Source: Carcharhinus longimanus (lineage: Eukaryota). From it: a stretch of DNA of 64,000 nucleotides. The stretch covers positions 87,156,360-87,220,359 of the forward strand of contig JASCQW010000190.1 of assembly GCA_030264375.1 (NCBI GenBank), in the 5' to 3' direction. This document shows positions 35,141-48,690 of this stretch, in pieces (within the stretch, counting starts at the first letter, position 1; each line of letters opens with the position of its first letter). Both the position numbers and the translations under genes were made by a program. The notes beneath the pieces were generated by a model that did no database searches, was not told the origin of the DNA, and worked only from the letters and a program-made list of their open reading frames with translations.

Positions 35141-38100
35141 CTGAGTTTCTGGTAAGCTTGAACCACTGTAGGCTATGTGGGTGAGAATTCTCCGACCTCA
35201 CCCATGGCTGTTGGGAAGGGAGTTCCTGGATTTCGACCTTGCGACAGTGAAGGAACGGCAAAATATGTCCAAGTCAGGAGTGTGTGTGGCTTGGAAGGGA
35301 ACTTGCAGGTGGTGTTGCTTTCATCGAGGATGGGGTGGATTGTGATCAGGATTGGAAACTTTGTCTGTTTTTTCCCTCCTAACCTCAGCACTCCAGAAGT
35401 CAGTTTTTGCACCATCACTCTAGCCAAAATCAGCTGATTCAACATAAACTTATCATACCCGAACCTTGCCAGTTTATGTAGCTCAGCTGCAATTTTAACA
35501 ACTTGACTATTGAAAAAATAAGGTTAAAGCTCCCTTTTCTTTCAGGTTTTTCTTTGCTTTATTCCTGGTCTCTTTATGAAATTCATCGAGTGGTGGTATA
35601 CCATTCAATCATTCACAGAAAATGTTAAGATCAGCCAATGGCAAGTGTGTGACAAATGCCTGGGGTCAATTCTTGCTCCCTTTTCACACCTTTTTTCCCC
35701 TAACAATTGCTTGACAAAATTTAAAACTGGTTTACTGGGTAATTTTTCTCCTGGAAATTCAACATGTAAATACATCATACGTGTAGCACAGAGACCACGT
35801 AAAGTAAGAAAGTTCCAGATTACCCTGACCTATTGTAAATGAGTTGACCTCAGCAGAGGGAAGTGTAGAAATGTTAGGCCCGGATTTTCACTGAGTCATG
35901 GAGATTCCGTAGAGATGCCAAAATCAGAGTTGGACCAAGAATCTGGAAAGCTAACCCCCATTTCCAACAGGTCCGATTTTCATCAGTTGGGAAAAGGGGG
36001 TGAGACTTAGTTGAGTTTAAATAGGTCTCAATTTTGCAGAAGCAAGGGCCTTAATTTGCAGTTTGGGAGTTACATTTATTTAGAGTAGCTGTAAATGCTC
36101 TCAGAAGTTAGATAAGACCTTTAGAACTGTCAGGTTGTAAAGTTATTTAATTACCCAACCCCTCTTAACAAATTTTAAAAAACCTGCTCGTCTCAGTAAG
36201 AGGCAAAAAACTTAAGCTGTGAAGTTATTTAAATCCCTCGCCCTTTAAATGTTAAGAAATTGGCTGCTGTATCACTGAATGTTAGGATTATTCTTCTCTA
36301 ACGGTTATAATAATTGTTTGTTGACATTACCTCAAATACTGTTATTACATTATTAATATTTTCTAGCTTTTCACAACCCATCAATATCTCAGTAAGGTCT
36401 ATCAGGTTCACAGTTTGATTGACAGCTCAAATAAGTTATTAAAGGACATGCTATCTTTGATGTGGTGTTATCAATATAAGTCCAATTTTACAAGGATTAA
36501 GTACTTGAAGATATTTAAGTGCTTTCTATGGACTTGCATGAATGGAAATATTTTAAATATAGTGAAGGCTATTAAAATTCAGTTAATCTCAACATGACCC
36601 CCTTTGGTCTTTCCATGGTAGATATTGGTGAGCTGTCATGGAGAGTTTAACTACAAAGGTTAGTGGGTGGATTTGCACAAGTTGATATGAGTTGGCTTTA
36701 AATTGACATGGGATTCTGAATTGGCTTTAAGTTGGCATGAGAGATATAAAGGGTCATGAGGCTGGGTGGTGGTATGGATTGGCTTGGTTAACACAGGTGG
36801 GAATTGTGTGTGGGGGAGTGAGGGAATGTGATGGGTAGGGATTAGAGGGCCTAATATTCAACAAAACAAATGGGGCGATGTCCCAGACAGTCGAGGTGAG
36901 CGTTACAATCAGCCCATTGCAGCACCCAGTAACAACCTGTCTCTGATCTGTATCCAGAATCATTGGGCTCAATTCGATCCCACACCCACACTTCTACCAG
37001 AGTAAGGATCCCGCCATTTGGGGGAGTTTCTCCTAAGGTTTTGACATGGAAGCAAACATCTGGGTGTTAGAATTAACCAGAGCTCAGGAGGAAGTAATCA
37101 AACAACTGTATGCCCTTGATCACAAAACAATGATTCCTACTAGAACACATCCTTGCAGAATTCTTCAAAACAAGAGATTCTGCCCCTTCCAGCACTCCTC
37201 CCTTTGCACATGTTTTTGCATGGCTTTCTTGGCAATAGCATCTTATGTGTTGGGTAGAAGTTGCTTCCTATTTCAGGGTCACACTAACTTACTTTTCCTC
37301 TGACCCAAACATTTAAGAAATGGATGAGCTATTTCTGTAAACATCTGAATGATTATGCTTTCTTTCATTTATGCTTGATTGTACACTGATTAAGGAACAA
37401 CAGAGCATTTGACTATCAAATATTTTTCAACTTAAAGCAAAATAAAGCAACTGATTATAGAAGTTAATTATTTAATGTTCTTTCAAAGATTGCCACTCTA
37501 TTGTTCATTGCCACTTATACTTCAGCTGAAATGTCAAACCTTGGGCTGAGTTCTCACCTCTGGGATAGAAAACAAGAGATGGGACTTTTTCCAGATCCTG
37601 AGAAACAGTTACTGGTTTGATTTTTGACAGATGCCCCACTTAATTAGTCTGGAGAAACGTTCCATGTCCAATTAAGAAATGTGAACAGGCATTTCAAATT
37701 GGAGGGTCAATTAGAGACCTTCCAGTTTCAGAGCAAAAGCTGATGCTACACTGAATGGTAACCTCAGTATGAAAGTGTCCTCTCAGCAACATTTTAAAAA
37801 TCAATTAAATAAAGCAAGAAAACTCAGGCCATCCCTCTGAGGGTGCTGGGGTAACCCCTCTACAGGGTAGCTTTTGGCTGATCCTACATCCAGGTAGGCA
37901 ATGAAAGCTTGAAGCCTCAGTCAAGTATTAAGACCTCAGCGTATCAGCTTACACTTCCTGAAACTTGAGATCACCTGGAAAATCCAGTTATTCTTCATTA
38001 CCAACCATTAACAATGGTCTTAATAAACCTGATTGACTCCCTACCCCTCAGGAGTGTGTAGGCATGCTGGCCCCGAATTCGCCTCAGCCAAGATGGCTGA

Positions 38101-38317
38101 CATCTAGAATAGGATTGGGAAACTGGCATGATAGTTGGTGTCAGTGTTTTCAGGACAAATCCACCTCCATTCCTAACATCTGCAGGCACAAAAACCCTGT
38201 CTCAAATGTCTGGCCTTCCAAGTGGCATGAACAATACTTTTTGAAGAAGAGTGTGAGAGATTTTTAGGTACAGTACACGATTTCTCGAATGTATTTCTTC
38301 CTCACTCGAACAGCTCC

Positions 38318-38495
38318 CTGATCATTTATCTTGCTGTTGTTTGTTGGAGTTTTTTTTTGGGAGCAAATTGGTTGCCACATTTCCTACCTTCCAACAGTAG
38401 CTGTATTTCAAAACTACTTCACTGGCTGTGTACCATTTCTGGGTGCACAAAGATATCGAAAGGAAATACATTCTTATGTTCCTCTTTCCTCTTTT
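38318..38495 (+). mobile_element. DeuSINE-type 3' fragment
   Basis: TTGCTGTTGTTTGTTGGAG...CAAATTGGTTGCCACATTTCCTAC...CAAAACTACTTCACTGGCTGT. Confidence 0.55.
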
Positions 38496-38689
38496 ATTTG
38501 TTTGCAGAGTAAAGCTGCACATGAAAGTTAATGCATGCAAACAATAGGGGAATTGGCAAACCCTTGTCCAGAGAGCCAAAGGATGAATTTTTTCTTCAAG
38601 CTCCAAGACCTCAATGTTGGGATCAAATAAGAGGGTCCAGAGCCCTACTCCCTTCAACTTAGTCAGAAATTCCCTCATAAATAGGCAGA

Positions 38690-38890
38690 TATAACAACTG
38701 TCTGTTATGGCTTCCTTTGGCAACCTTAGTGTCCACATGTAGATGTCCATAATTATAATATTGAAGCCTAATTCATGGCAACATGTTGTTTGTAAGCTTT
38801 GTTTCAAATAACGCTTTCCCGTCAGCGTTCCAAATATTTGCCTCCTCTGTTTCCTCTGGTTGCGGTGAAGCAGAAGGTACAGCCTCAACA
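38690..38890 (-). pseudogene. Possible Harbinger transposase N-terminal relic
   Basis: RRQ..RY...LRLPKEAITDSC resembles the HARBI-type LRxxKExxxxxC segment. Confidence 0.35.
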
Positions 38891-39572
38891 AACACCTTAA
38901 AATTCATGATTTCATCCATTCCTCCTCTGGGAAGATCAGATATGATTGTGAAAGGCTAATGGTGCAGTCCTGAGAGACAAAGGCAACAGAGAGTCAAGGG
39001 GGAGAGACAAAGGGGAACAGATGGAGAGTCATTTGTGATGGATGACACATTGTGGATAACAGCGACAGTTTATTGTGACGTGGGGCTGAGCAATGGTGGT
39101 AAGGGGGGGGCAGTCCTGAGGTGAATGTTAATTAATCAAAGGTGATGAATGGTGGGTCGAAAGCCACCAAAGACAGGGCAAAGGAAACAGAGTGAGGGGT
39201 AAGGATTATGGCGGGAAGATCAAATGTGACTGAAGGAGCGTGTAGGGTGATAGCTTCCAGCTCTAAGGACACTGTCCAAGTGCCCAGGGACATAGCTCCA
39301 ACAACATGAAGAGATCTCTGAAGTACAGGTCAAGGACAAAGTTGTCCATGGTAAGGTGGGTGGAGATTAGGGTGTGGTCAATGCAAAATATAGGGCTCTG
39401 TTGCAGGACAATATAAGGCATCATGTCCTTTATATTTGAATTTATATGTCCATTCATGTTTTGTTTGATTTCAGTGAAATACATTCAGAGCTACATAGAG
39501 CAAGCCCAGAGAGCCAGGCCTCACAAGAAGGAAGAAAAGGTTTAACCGGACAGCTAGAGGTCTTCTCTGCCA

Positions 39573-40278
39573 ACATAAGAACATAAGAACATAAGAAATA
39601 GGAGCAGGAGTAGGCCATCTAGCCCTTCGAGCCTGCCCCGCCATTCNNNNNNNNNNNNNNNNNNNNNNNNNNNNNNNNNNNNNNNNNNNNNNNNNNNNNN
39701 NNNNNNNNNNNNNNNNNNNNNNNNNNNNNNNNNNNNNNNNNNNNNNNNNNNNNNNNNNNNNNNNNNNNNNNNNNNNNNNNNNNNNNNNNNNNNNNNNNNN
39801 NNNNNNNNNNNNNNNNNNNNNNNNNNNNNNNNNNNNNNNNNNNNNNNNNNNNNNNNNNNNNNNNNNNNNNNNNNNNNNNNNNNNNNNNNNNNNNNNNNNN
39901 NNNNNNNNNNNNNNNNNNNNNNNNNNNNNNNNNNNNNNNNNNNNNNNNNNNNNNNNNNNNNNNNNNNNNNNNNNNNNNNNNNNNNNNNNNNNNNNNNNNN
40001 NNNNNNNNNNNNNNNNNNNNNNNNNNNNNNNNNNNNNNNNNNNNNNNNNNNNNNNNNNNNNNNNNNNNNNNNNNNNNNNNNNNNNNNNNNNNNNNNNNNN
40101 NNNNNNNNNNNNNNNNNNNNNNNNNNNNNNNNNNNNNNNNNNNNNNNNNNNNNNNNNNNNNNNNNNNNNNNNNNNNNNNNNNNNNNNNNNCTGCCTCGTA
40201 CATCTCCTTTAAACCTTGCCCCTCGCACCTTAAACCTGTGTCCCCTAGTAATTGACTCTTCCACCCTGGGGGAAAGCT
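39573..40278 (-). mobile_element. Young 5'-truncated CR1 (interior in gap)
   Basis: (ACATAAGA)n tail; ESITRGHRFKVRGARFKGDVRG C-terminal motif. Confidence 0.85.
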
Positions 40279-40880
40279 TTCAGAGTCAGCACATTACATG
40301 GGGGAGGGGCCTTTCGGACCCTTGAACCCTTGTCAAATAACAGCGAGGTAATAGTCAATGTTCTGCCATTAAAAGAAGCTTTTAAAGCCACACAGGTCGG
40401 CCTGACACAGTGGTGTTTCATCACACCAAAGACGGAGATAATCACGGGGGGGTTCTCCTGTATGGCAGCAGCCACAGCTTCCGTCTACAAATAACAAACT
40501 CTTTTAACAGTGGGGGAATTTCACCTCCCTGAACGAACATCAAGCTATCTATTTGGGGCCTGGTGGGATACCTCACCATATATTGACATTGGACAGAATA
40601 ATCCAACAGGCCATGCACCAAGCAACAGAGCTCACTCAGGAGTATCAGGCAATCAACAGATCAGGGAAGCAAGGGAAGGATCCAGGTGGACCTAGCCATC
40701 CAGACTGCCACCCGGGTGGAAGTCTTGGGTCACAACATTGGTGGGATACATTCATTCCAGCGTTAGTAGGCAACCAATTTACAGATGGGTGGGAGATAAT
40801 TAGAATAGGGATGACAATCAATATAGACATAATGCTGGCATGGGCAAACAGTTATGCGCTGTCAACAAAGGAAAGTGGGT
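40279..40880 (+). pseudogene. Envelope/fusion-protein-like relic of an LTR element
   Basis: Cys-containing WCFITPK..GGFSC segment, then helical ILTLDRIIQQAMHQATELTQEYQAIN, QHWWDTF and a hydrophobic stretch; stops and frameshifts present. Confidence 0.4.
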
Positions 40881-42489
40881 CAAACTCAATCTGTCTTTCA
40901 ACATACTCCACTAGCAGCCATCCATATTTGAGAAGGGGAGAAGCTAGTGGCTATTGCTCACAGCAGGGTCGTTTAGGACACTTTCCATGATCTGGAGGGC
41001 TGGCCACCCAAAGGATCCCAATTTGGGAGAATCATGGCTGTAGAATAGACACTTCCACCTGTTTTTATTTTGCAGGAAATACTCACACTTATTCAAGTAA
41101 ACTTCCAGCAGAAGTCCAATATGGCTGCAGCAGAATGGCTGCAAACTCAGTTAGGATACAGTCCAAGGCTTTAGTTTCCTGACGGTCTTGTGAGGAAAGA
41201 ACTTCCAATCTCCCCCTCCCCAAGAAACTGAGCTTTAGAGGAGTTGAATCAGCGATAAGGACTCCCTGAGTCAGGAACTCTTACACCTGCACAACATTGG
41301 CATCAGTCTGTCAAGGTCAGTGAGCAGAATCACCAAAGATTGGTGAGGAAGAATAACCTCTTAAGAAATTATTAAATACCCACCTGACACAGCAGTTTGT
41401 TTGGAGAAGGATGAGGTGCGGTTGCACTCCAGGTGGCCAACTTTCTCCATTTCCAGCATGCCTGATAAGCATGTCATAGCTGTGCCTGAACTACTGAAGG
41501 TCTGTACCTGGGGGCCCTCACATTAGCCACACAAACTTTAATGGTAAATTCTGTTGGCCTGCATGGATTTACTGAGCCAATGCTTCTAACGCTATGACAG
41601 AATGAGCACCTTCAACTATTCTTTAATTTAAAAAAATGACACTTTGGGCAGACACCTAAATGTAACCATGGAGAGAACCATCTAAACAACCTGGATTCCT
41701 TTCCTCATGGCTGAGAGTCAGAAAATATACATGCAGGATGGATGCTTTGTTTCCAATAACCCAAAGATATTGCTGCCCCCAGATCTAGCCCACGCCTGGG
41801 TTCAATTACTGTGCCATCAGGAGAGGCAATGCCTCCTATTATTCCTATGCAAATCTTTGTAATGATGAGCCACACCACTAACAGAGGTAACATAGGAACT
41901 TCTCTTTTTTCTGCACCCACACACCAGGACTGTTCCAGGAAATACATAATTCATGGTAATGGAGACACTCTATTAGACTCTCCAATATTTAATCCATCTT
42001 TGGCTTCCATTACACAGCATCAAGTTCACTGCAATAAATTATAATATTGTTAGTGAATTCCTGCAGAAATGATGCTCTGTATCAATAAATAACTGGAGCC
42101 TTTCTTCTGAACACAAAACTAATAAATACTGAACTAATAAACCAATGCTCCTAAAAATGGACTTTCACGGTTCAGTTATGATATCATTATCTGAAGACAA
42201 AAGTTAGGATAAAAATATTGTAACTGATTTGGTTTGTGTCCAGTTCTCTTCATCTTTGCTGCACCCAGGTTATTGAAATTGTTCCAGCTACAAGAACAGA
42301 AAAATGTGTCAATGTTTTTCTGATGTTACAGTGAGTAAGGACAATGTGTACCTGAACCATGCAGAATCAGACTGTCAATCCTGATGGTAAATCTCCTGCT
42401 GGGTGCAAGTCCACAGTCCTCTGCAACTCATCAGTACTTCACACGATTCCAAGAAGTGTTTGCAAGCTGTTCAGCTGATAGAACTGTCA

Positions 42490-43095
42490 AGTCTATCCTT
42501 GTTTTCAAATCCCTTCCAATCCCTGTAATCTTCTCCAGCCCCACAACCCATTCAAGTATCTGCCATCTTTTAATTCTAGCTTGGGGTACATTCTCAGTTA
42601 TAATCATCCCATCATTTGGTAGCTGTGCCTTCATTGCCTTGGCTCCGAACTCTGAAATTACCTCCTGTGCCTCACTACCTCACAGTCTACCTCTAAGAGG
42701 CATCTTAAAACCTATGAGCACGATCTTGCCTGCCATTCATGCCACCCTCTCACTACAGGAAGGTTGGGGAATTTGATGGCCAGGCAAATGTCTGTTCACT
42801 GCAGTGAGATGGGAAAATCCCGTCGGTGTGAACGGTGATAAGATTCCTCCTCAACTCAGGTTTTAATCTTCTGACCTTTTGCCTGGAATTTTACCGCCTC
42901 ACAGTTCCTCGCAGACCGGAATTCTCCATCGGCCTCAGGCCGGATTTTACGATCTCACCTGTCCTAAAATCCTACCCTTTATCTCCTTATGCAAAGGGGT
43001 GTCATACTTTGTTTTATAATGCTCCTGTGGCGTGTTTTAGGAAGTTTCATTGTGTTAGAGGTGCTCTATCAATATACATTGCTGTTGTTGTTGAT
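42490..43095 (+). mobile_element. L2 LINE 3' end with two nested short MITEs (~42715-42850, ~42881-42977)
   Basis: ATCCTTGTTTTCAAATCCCT...CTCCAGCCCCACAACCC...CTTAAAACCTA; (TTG)n tail. Confidence 0.7.
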
Positions 43096-43456
43096 CCAGT
43101 CTGTACTTTATATTTGAATACGCAGGTTTCACAGCCGTGCCCCCTGGGTAATCACCACTGTGATGAACACTGGCTGAATTTATCCCCTTCCTCAACTCCA
43201 GATACTGAGCCAATTATAACATGGCAATTGCTGCCCTGATTGAGATTAGCTAACCCAATACAGAGCAGGGATTGTGAGTTGGTACTGAGATAAAATCACA
43301 AGAAAAGGCTGACTGGCTAATAACTTGCTGACAAATTCATGTCAACTGCCATTTTGATGAGGCCCTTTAAATAACAGAGAGGCTCCCTCTTGAGACATCC
43401 AGGAGTCTCGTAACACATTTAAATCAATAATGATAATGGCGAGGGCTCTCAAAACC

Positions 43457-44545
43457 TTTTTTTTGCAAAAATATACATTATTGAAATTACAAAACATATC
43501 CAATTATTATAACAGGATGGTACGATGATATTCATATTTCCTCCAGAAAGCAAGATTCACTCTGAGATGCTTCAATTCAGTAATGTGAACATTAAATGTT
43601 TTCAACGTTTCAATTCCAGATTGTACAGTTCTTTATAAATTATATGCATCGGTCATGTTGCACTCTGCAGTGCTTCAATAAAGTTACATGCGGTTAGAAT
43701 TAAGCACAGTCCGAGGGGTTTTATACCGTTACCAGTCCTTCGGTGAAGATTGGCTGAAAGATCTTACAGAGAGACCTTTCCCCACTGGACCTTGGTGATG
43801 ACTATCCCAAGCTGGAATGCGTTCCTCAGCACAGAGTTCTGGAATGTTCCAGTCTGCAACACTTGGTCAAGGACAATTCCTTGCACTGGAGGTCAACAAG
43901 TTTCAGACAGATCAAGGAGCATCATTCACTGAGTTGATGATCCTCCAGCAGCATTTGATGTTTGTCTCAGTGTGTGTATCTGGGAACAGCCCATTGAGCA
44001 CAGAGCCCTGCTCAGAATGAACCTCCACAAATACCACTGCATCTCTCACCATACCTTTATTGCAAAGGCACATTCCACAAGGAGTGTGAAACCATGTCTC
44101 CCCGCCACAGCCACTTTGAGAACAGCATATGGTGGTCCAGACTTCGGACATGCATGAAGAATCTGATGGACGGAGTCCTTCTCACCAACAACAAAGCTAG
44201 ATGTTGGTGCATGATGTGGTCAGGGTGGGTCACCAACTCCAGAGCAGACCTGACCCAATTTGCAATGACCTTGGCTAAAATTTTATAGTCCACATTCAAC
44301 AGTGAACTGGATCACCAACTTCCAATTTCTTCCCTTTCCCCCTTCCACTTTTAATGAGGTTAATGATGCCTTTCCTCATGGATTCTGACATGCAGTTGTC
44401 TAAAAGCATAGTCTTATACACTTCCAGCCTGTCTGGGCTGATCCAGTCCCACTGAGCTAAATACAACTCAGCAGGTAAGCCATCGCTTCCAGGAGTTTTA
44501 CTTGTGTTAAAGGACTTGATGGCCTATGTCAGCTGGCTCCCACTG
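43457..44545 (-). mobile_element. Tx1/L1-clade LINE fragment, internally deleted
   Basis: Minus-strand SKTPGSDGLPAELY and NVDYKILAKVIAN motifs; T-run (poly-A) at 43457. Confidence 0.85.
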
Positions 44546-45083
44546 GAAATAGCCAGGAGTCTTGTAACACACTTAAAAAAAGGGTGCTATCTGAATTTTA
44601 ATATCCAAGCAGGTTACATCAGCTCTGAAGTCTTCCCACGTGCACTGACTGAATGGAACAGAACCAAGCCAACAGCCCAGTAAATTATTGCTAGATAGCT
44701 CAAAATACATTCTGTTGCTCACAAAAAGCCCTGCTGAGCATTGCCTTCCTACCACCATTTCCGGCCAATCACACAGTCTCTTGTTTGTCAGGTGACTGAC
44801 CAATCAGCTCTTTGCGTGGGCCACTGGATTCCCTATCTCTCTCCTGATTGGTCTGCTGCTTACTGGTATTTGTTTAGCACGTTGCTCTCCCCTCCAAATG
44901 TGGTGTAACCATAAAAATGGTTCAGGCCTCTTTTGAACTTCATGAGACAGGGAGTGAGCTCACCCTGTCCACTGTCCACCACTCATCCAATGAATATGGT
45001 CACATGCAAATAACTATATATATGTCCTTACGTGTACTTTTCCCATCTTTTGTGTAAAGACGAAAAATATTTCCATCAGATGT

Positions 45084-45155
45084 GATAGGCTGACCAAGTA
45101 GTATATGGCTTTGGATTAAGACTCCAGTATCTCAGGGAGCGTGGATTTGAATCCC
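45084..45155 (+). pseudogene. tRNA-Leu(AAG) relic
   Basis: GATAGGCTGACCAAGTAGTATATGGCTTTGGATTAAGACTCCAGTATCTCAGGGAGCGTGGATTTGAATCCC aligns without gaps to the recalled vertebrate tRNA-Leu-AAG; anticodon arm TGGATTAAG..TCCA retained; acceptor 3' strand missing. Confidence 0.7.
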
Positions 45156-45270
45156 CGAGGAAGAGATAAATAGTTTGTTAGATTTTATGGCATCAAGTGG
45201 TACGTGGGCAAAGCAATAATATGACATTGAGACAGAGGATCGGTCATGATCATATTAAGAAGCAGAGTAA

Positions 45271-45597
45271 TAGCACAGTGGTTAGTACTGCAGCCTCACA
45301 GCACTAGCGATCCGGGTTCGATTCCATCCTTGGGTAATTGTCTCTGTGGAGTCATTCTCCTATGTTTGCATAGGTTTCTCTGGGTGCTCCAATTTCCTCC
45401 CACAGTCCAAAGATGTGCAGGTTAGGTGGATTGACCATGCTGAGTTGCCCCTTCGTGTCCTCAGATGCGTAGGCTAAGGGGATTCAAGGGGTAAACATGT
45501 GGGTTTATGGGGATAAGGCCTGGGTAAAATGCTCTATTGGAGAGTTGGTACAGAATCAATGGGCTGAACAGTTTCTTTCTTTGTAGGGATTCTATGA
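45271..45597 (+). mobile_element. V-SINE, CR1-type tail
   Basis: GCACAGTGGTTAGTACTGCAGCCTCACAGC head; GGGATTCTATGA tail. Confidence 0.88.
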
Positions 45598-46196
45598 TAA
45601 GGCCAGATGTGTATCATTAAATTACTTTACACTCAGCTAGTGAACATATGCAGCTATAATCAAAATTCACTTTCTTCGTTTAACTTCAAACCCACTTCCT
45701 GAATCAGAAAAATAAAGCAAGCTACCTTTCCTTGGGTTAACAGGTTTATGAATCTTGCTTTGATCAGTGTAACATTAACACAGGGCTTGCTTGGCACTGT
45801 TTGAGCTGATCTCTTAACAAATCATCCCAAGTTATTGATTATATATGTGATCCTTCTGCCTGGAACTTACACAAGGGCTAACCTAATCGGACACTGTAAC
45901 TTCAGCAGAAAATCACATAGACAGTTTCTGCCAAGCTTGCGGTAGCCGAACGGAAAGTCCCAAGAAAGTTTTATTTGATCTTTGTCTTTTGTTCATAACA
46001 GCTGGAGGGTTGTCTCCCTAACCTCCCATTCATTCAGGAGTTCGCCAGTTGGTTTGTCAGCCAAATGGCCACTCCATTCTCAAGGACTGAATTTCACCAA
46101 ATATCTATTTCCCTGCTGGGAATTGAAGATTATTATCTGAACTCTAGTGTGAAGCAACACTTTTTGCGGTAAAGAGAAAGGTATTTTGGCCCTTTA

Positions 46197-46376
46197 ATAG
46201 AATCCATAGAATCCCTATGGTGCAGAACTGGCCCATCAAATTGGCACTGACTCTTCGACAGAGCATCCCATCCAGACCCTATCCCCATAATCCCAAATAT
46301 TTACTCAGCTAATCCTCCTAACCTACACATTTTGGGACACTAAGGGGCAATTTACCATGGCCAATCCACATGACCT
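46197..46376 (-). mobile_element. V-SINE 3' half
   Basis: ATAGAATCCATAGAATCCCTA tail; GGACACTAAGGGGCAATTTACCATGGCCAATCCAC. Confidence 0.8.
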
Positions 46377-46664
46377 TTGTCTCAGAAGTTGCAATGTTTG
46401 AAATATAAGGAATATTTTAAACCTTTGCAAAGTCAATGATTATTTAATTGCAAAAAACTCCTGAAATATGACAGTGAGCATGTCATTTTGATAGGCATCT
46501 CAAGGTTAATTCCATCATTTATTGGTATCAATTTGCACTGGAATATTAAATGGTTCAGTGTGAATCCTTGGTGCACTTGATGCATTTAAGGCAATTTGTC
46601 ATGCTTGTAGGCAATACATAATATAATTTGGATCAAATTACATATATGCATTTGTCTGTTGGGG

Positions 46665-48690
46665 GAGCAACTTTCACAGCATGAAATTGCCAGGCAATGA
46701 CCACCTCTAACAATCTAAGCGAATTTAACCCTTTCCCCTTGATACTACCATTACTGAACACCCCCTCCCCGCCCCCACCATAAATATTCAGGGATTTACT
46801 ATTGACCAGAAACTTATAACGGTCAGTCATGTAAGCACTGTGGCTACAAAAGCAGCTCTGAGGCTGGAAATTCTGTAAAAAGTAGCTCATCTCCTCACTC
46901 CCCAAAGCCTGTCCACCATCTCTAAGGCACAAATATAAATATGAAAAATACTCTCCACTTGTCTGGATGAATACAGCTCCAACGACACTCAAAAGGTTCA
47001 ACATCACCCAGGACAAAGCAACCCATTTGATTGGCAATCCATCCACCACCTTCAACATCCACTTCCCCTATCGCTGCTACACAGTGGCAGCAGTGTGTAC
47101 CATCTACTGCAGCAAGTCACCAAATCTCCTTCAACAGTGTTTTCCAAATGTGTGACTTCTATCTAGAAGTTTGAACTGTGCCACTGTAGGCAGCTCAGTG
47201 GTTAGCATTGCTGCCTCACAGCGCCAGGGACCCAGATTAAATTCCCAACTTGGGTCACTGTCTGTGTGGAGTTTGCACATTCTCCCCATGTCTGCATGGG
47301 TTTCCTCTGGGTGCTCCAGTTTCCTCCCNNNNNNNNNNNNNNNNNNNNNNNNNNNNNNNNNNNNNNNNNNNNNNNNNNNNNNNNNNNNNNNNNNNNNNNN
47401 NNNNNNNNNNNNNNNNNNNNNNNNNNNNNNNNNNNNNNNNNNNNNNNNNNNNNNNNNNNNNNNNNNNNNNNNNNNNNNNNNNNNNNNNNNNNNNNNNNNN
47501 NNNNNNNNNNNNNNNNNNNNNNNNNNNNNNNNNNNNNNNNNNNNNNNNNNNNNNNNNNNNNNNNNNNNNNNNNNNNNNNNNNNNNNNNNNNNNNNNNNNN
47601 NNNNNNNNNNNNNNNNNNNNNNNNNNNNNNNNNNNNNNNNNNNNNNNNNNNNNNNNNNNNNNNNNNNNNNNNNNNNNNNNNNNNNNNNNNNNNNNNNNNN
47701 NNNNNNNNNNNNNNNNNNNNNNNNNNNNNNNNNNNNNNNNNNNNNNNNNNNNNNNNNNNNNNNNNNNNNNNNNNNNNNNNNNNNNNNNNNNNNNNNNNNN
47801 NNNNNNNNNNNNNNNNNNNNNNNNNNNNNNNNNNNNNNNNNNNNNNNNNNNNNNNNNNNNNNNNNNNNNNNNNNNNNNNNNNNNNNNNNNNTGGTCCCAC
47901 GGGTATGGGCACCCTGGCAGTGCCAACTTGTGCCCCCAGCATTGCCCAAGGGGCACTTTGGCACTGCCCTTCAGACATTGGCAGTGTCAAAGGGGCAGGG
48001 GCTCTCGTGGGTGAATCCTAGGGGCAATTAGTGGGGGTGGGGGGATCCCGCTGCCAGTTAGCAGACTGGATCGGTCTGGGGTAGAGGGATGGCAGTGATT
48101 GGGGCGGTCTGGTTTGTGGGGGGAGGGGGAGTCGCCACTGCTAGGGGGAAGTGGGCTGTGCTCCAGGACGGGGGGAGATATTAGGGCTGCCCGGAATTGT
48201 TGTGGGGTCTGTGATGAGGCTGTGGTGTTGGGGGGGGCTGGAGGGGCAGCACTGCGAGGGTCCTGGGCTGGCCAGCGATCGAGGAGTCTGACAAATCAGG
48301 ACCATTGCTCATGCGCAGAGTTCCGGAACTGTCAGACTCTAGTGTGAGTAGGCCCCGTCCCCCTGGGTTTTCAATGAGATTCACGATTGGGGCCCCTGAA
48401 ATGCAAGAGTGGGGAGACTCAGGTGAGAAACTGGACTGAGAAAAGAGTCGGGATTTAGAACAGTTTTCCTGCCAATTCATCACTTTGGGTGAATCACGGC
48501 CTATACTGCCATTCCTTCTCCTTCATTGGGTCAAGGTTCTGGCATTCCCTCCCTAACTTGATGTTGGGTGTGCCATCATCACATTATTCAAGAGAGCAGC
48601 TGACCACCAGCCTCACAAGGGCAATAAGGATTGGGTAACAAATACCAACCTTGCTAGTGATGCTCACATCCCATGAATGAATTAAAACAA
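46665..48690 (+). mobile_element. CR1/L2-type LINE 3' fragment interrupted by a V-SINE head (47189-47328), a gap and a DNA transposon
   Basis: KYSPLVWMNTAPTTLKRFNITQDKATHLIG; LINE resumes near 48503 and ends CACATCCCATGAATGAAT. Confidence 0.8.
47892..48501. mobile_element. GC-rich non-autonomous Harbinger-type element (same family as 12712-13854)
   Basis: Shared blocks GGGCACCCTGGCAGTGCCA and GGGGGCTGGAGGGGCAGCACTGC, and shared terminus. Confidence 0.75.

Noticed and set aside
45084-45155. Functional tRNA-Leu gene
   Set aside because: Mutated A and B boxes and missing 3' acceptor strand.
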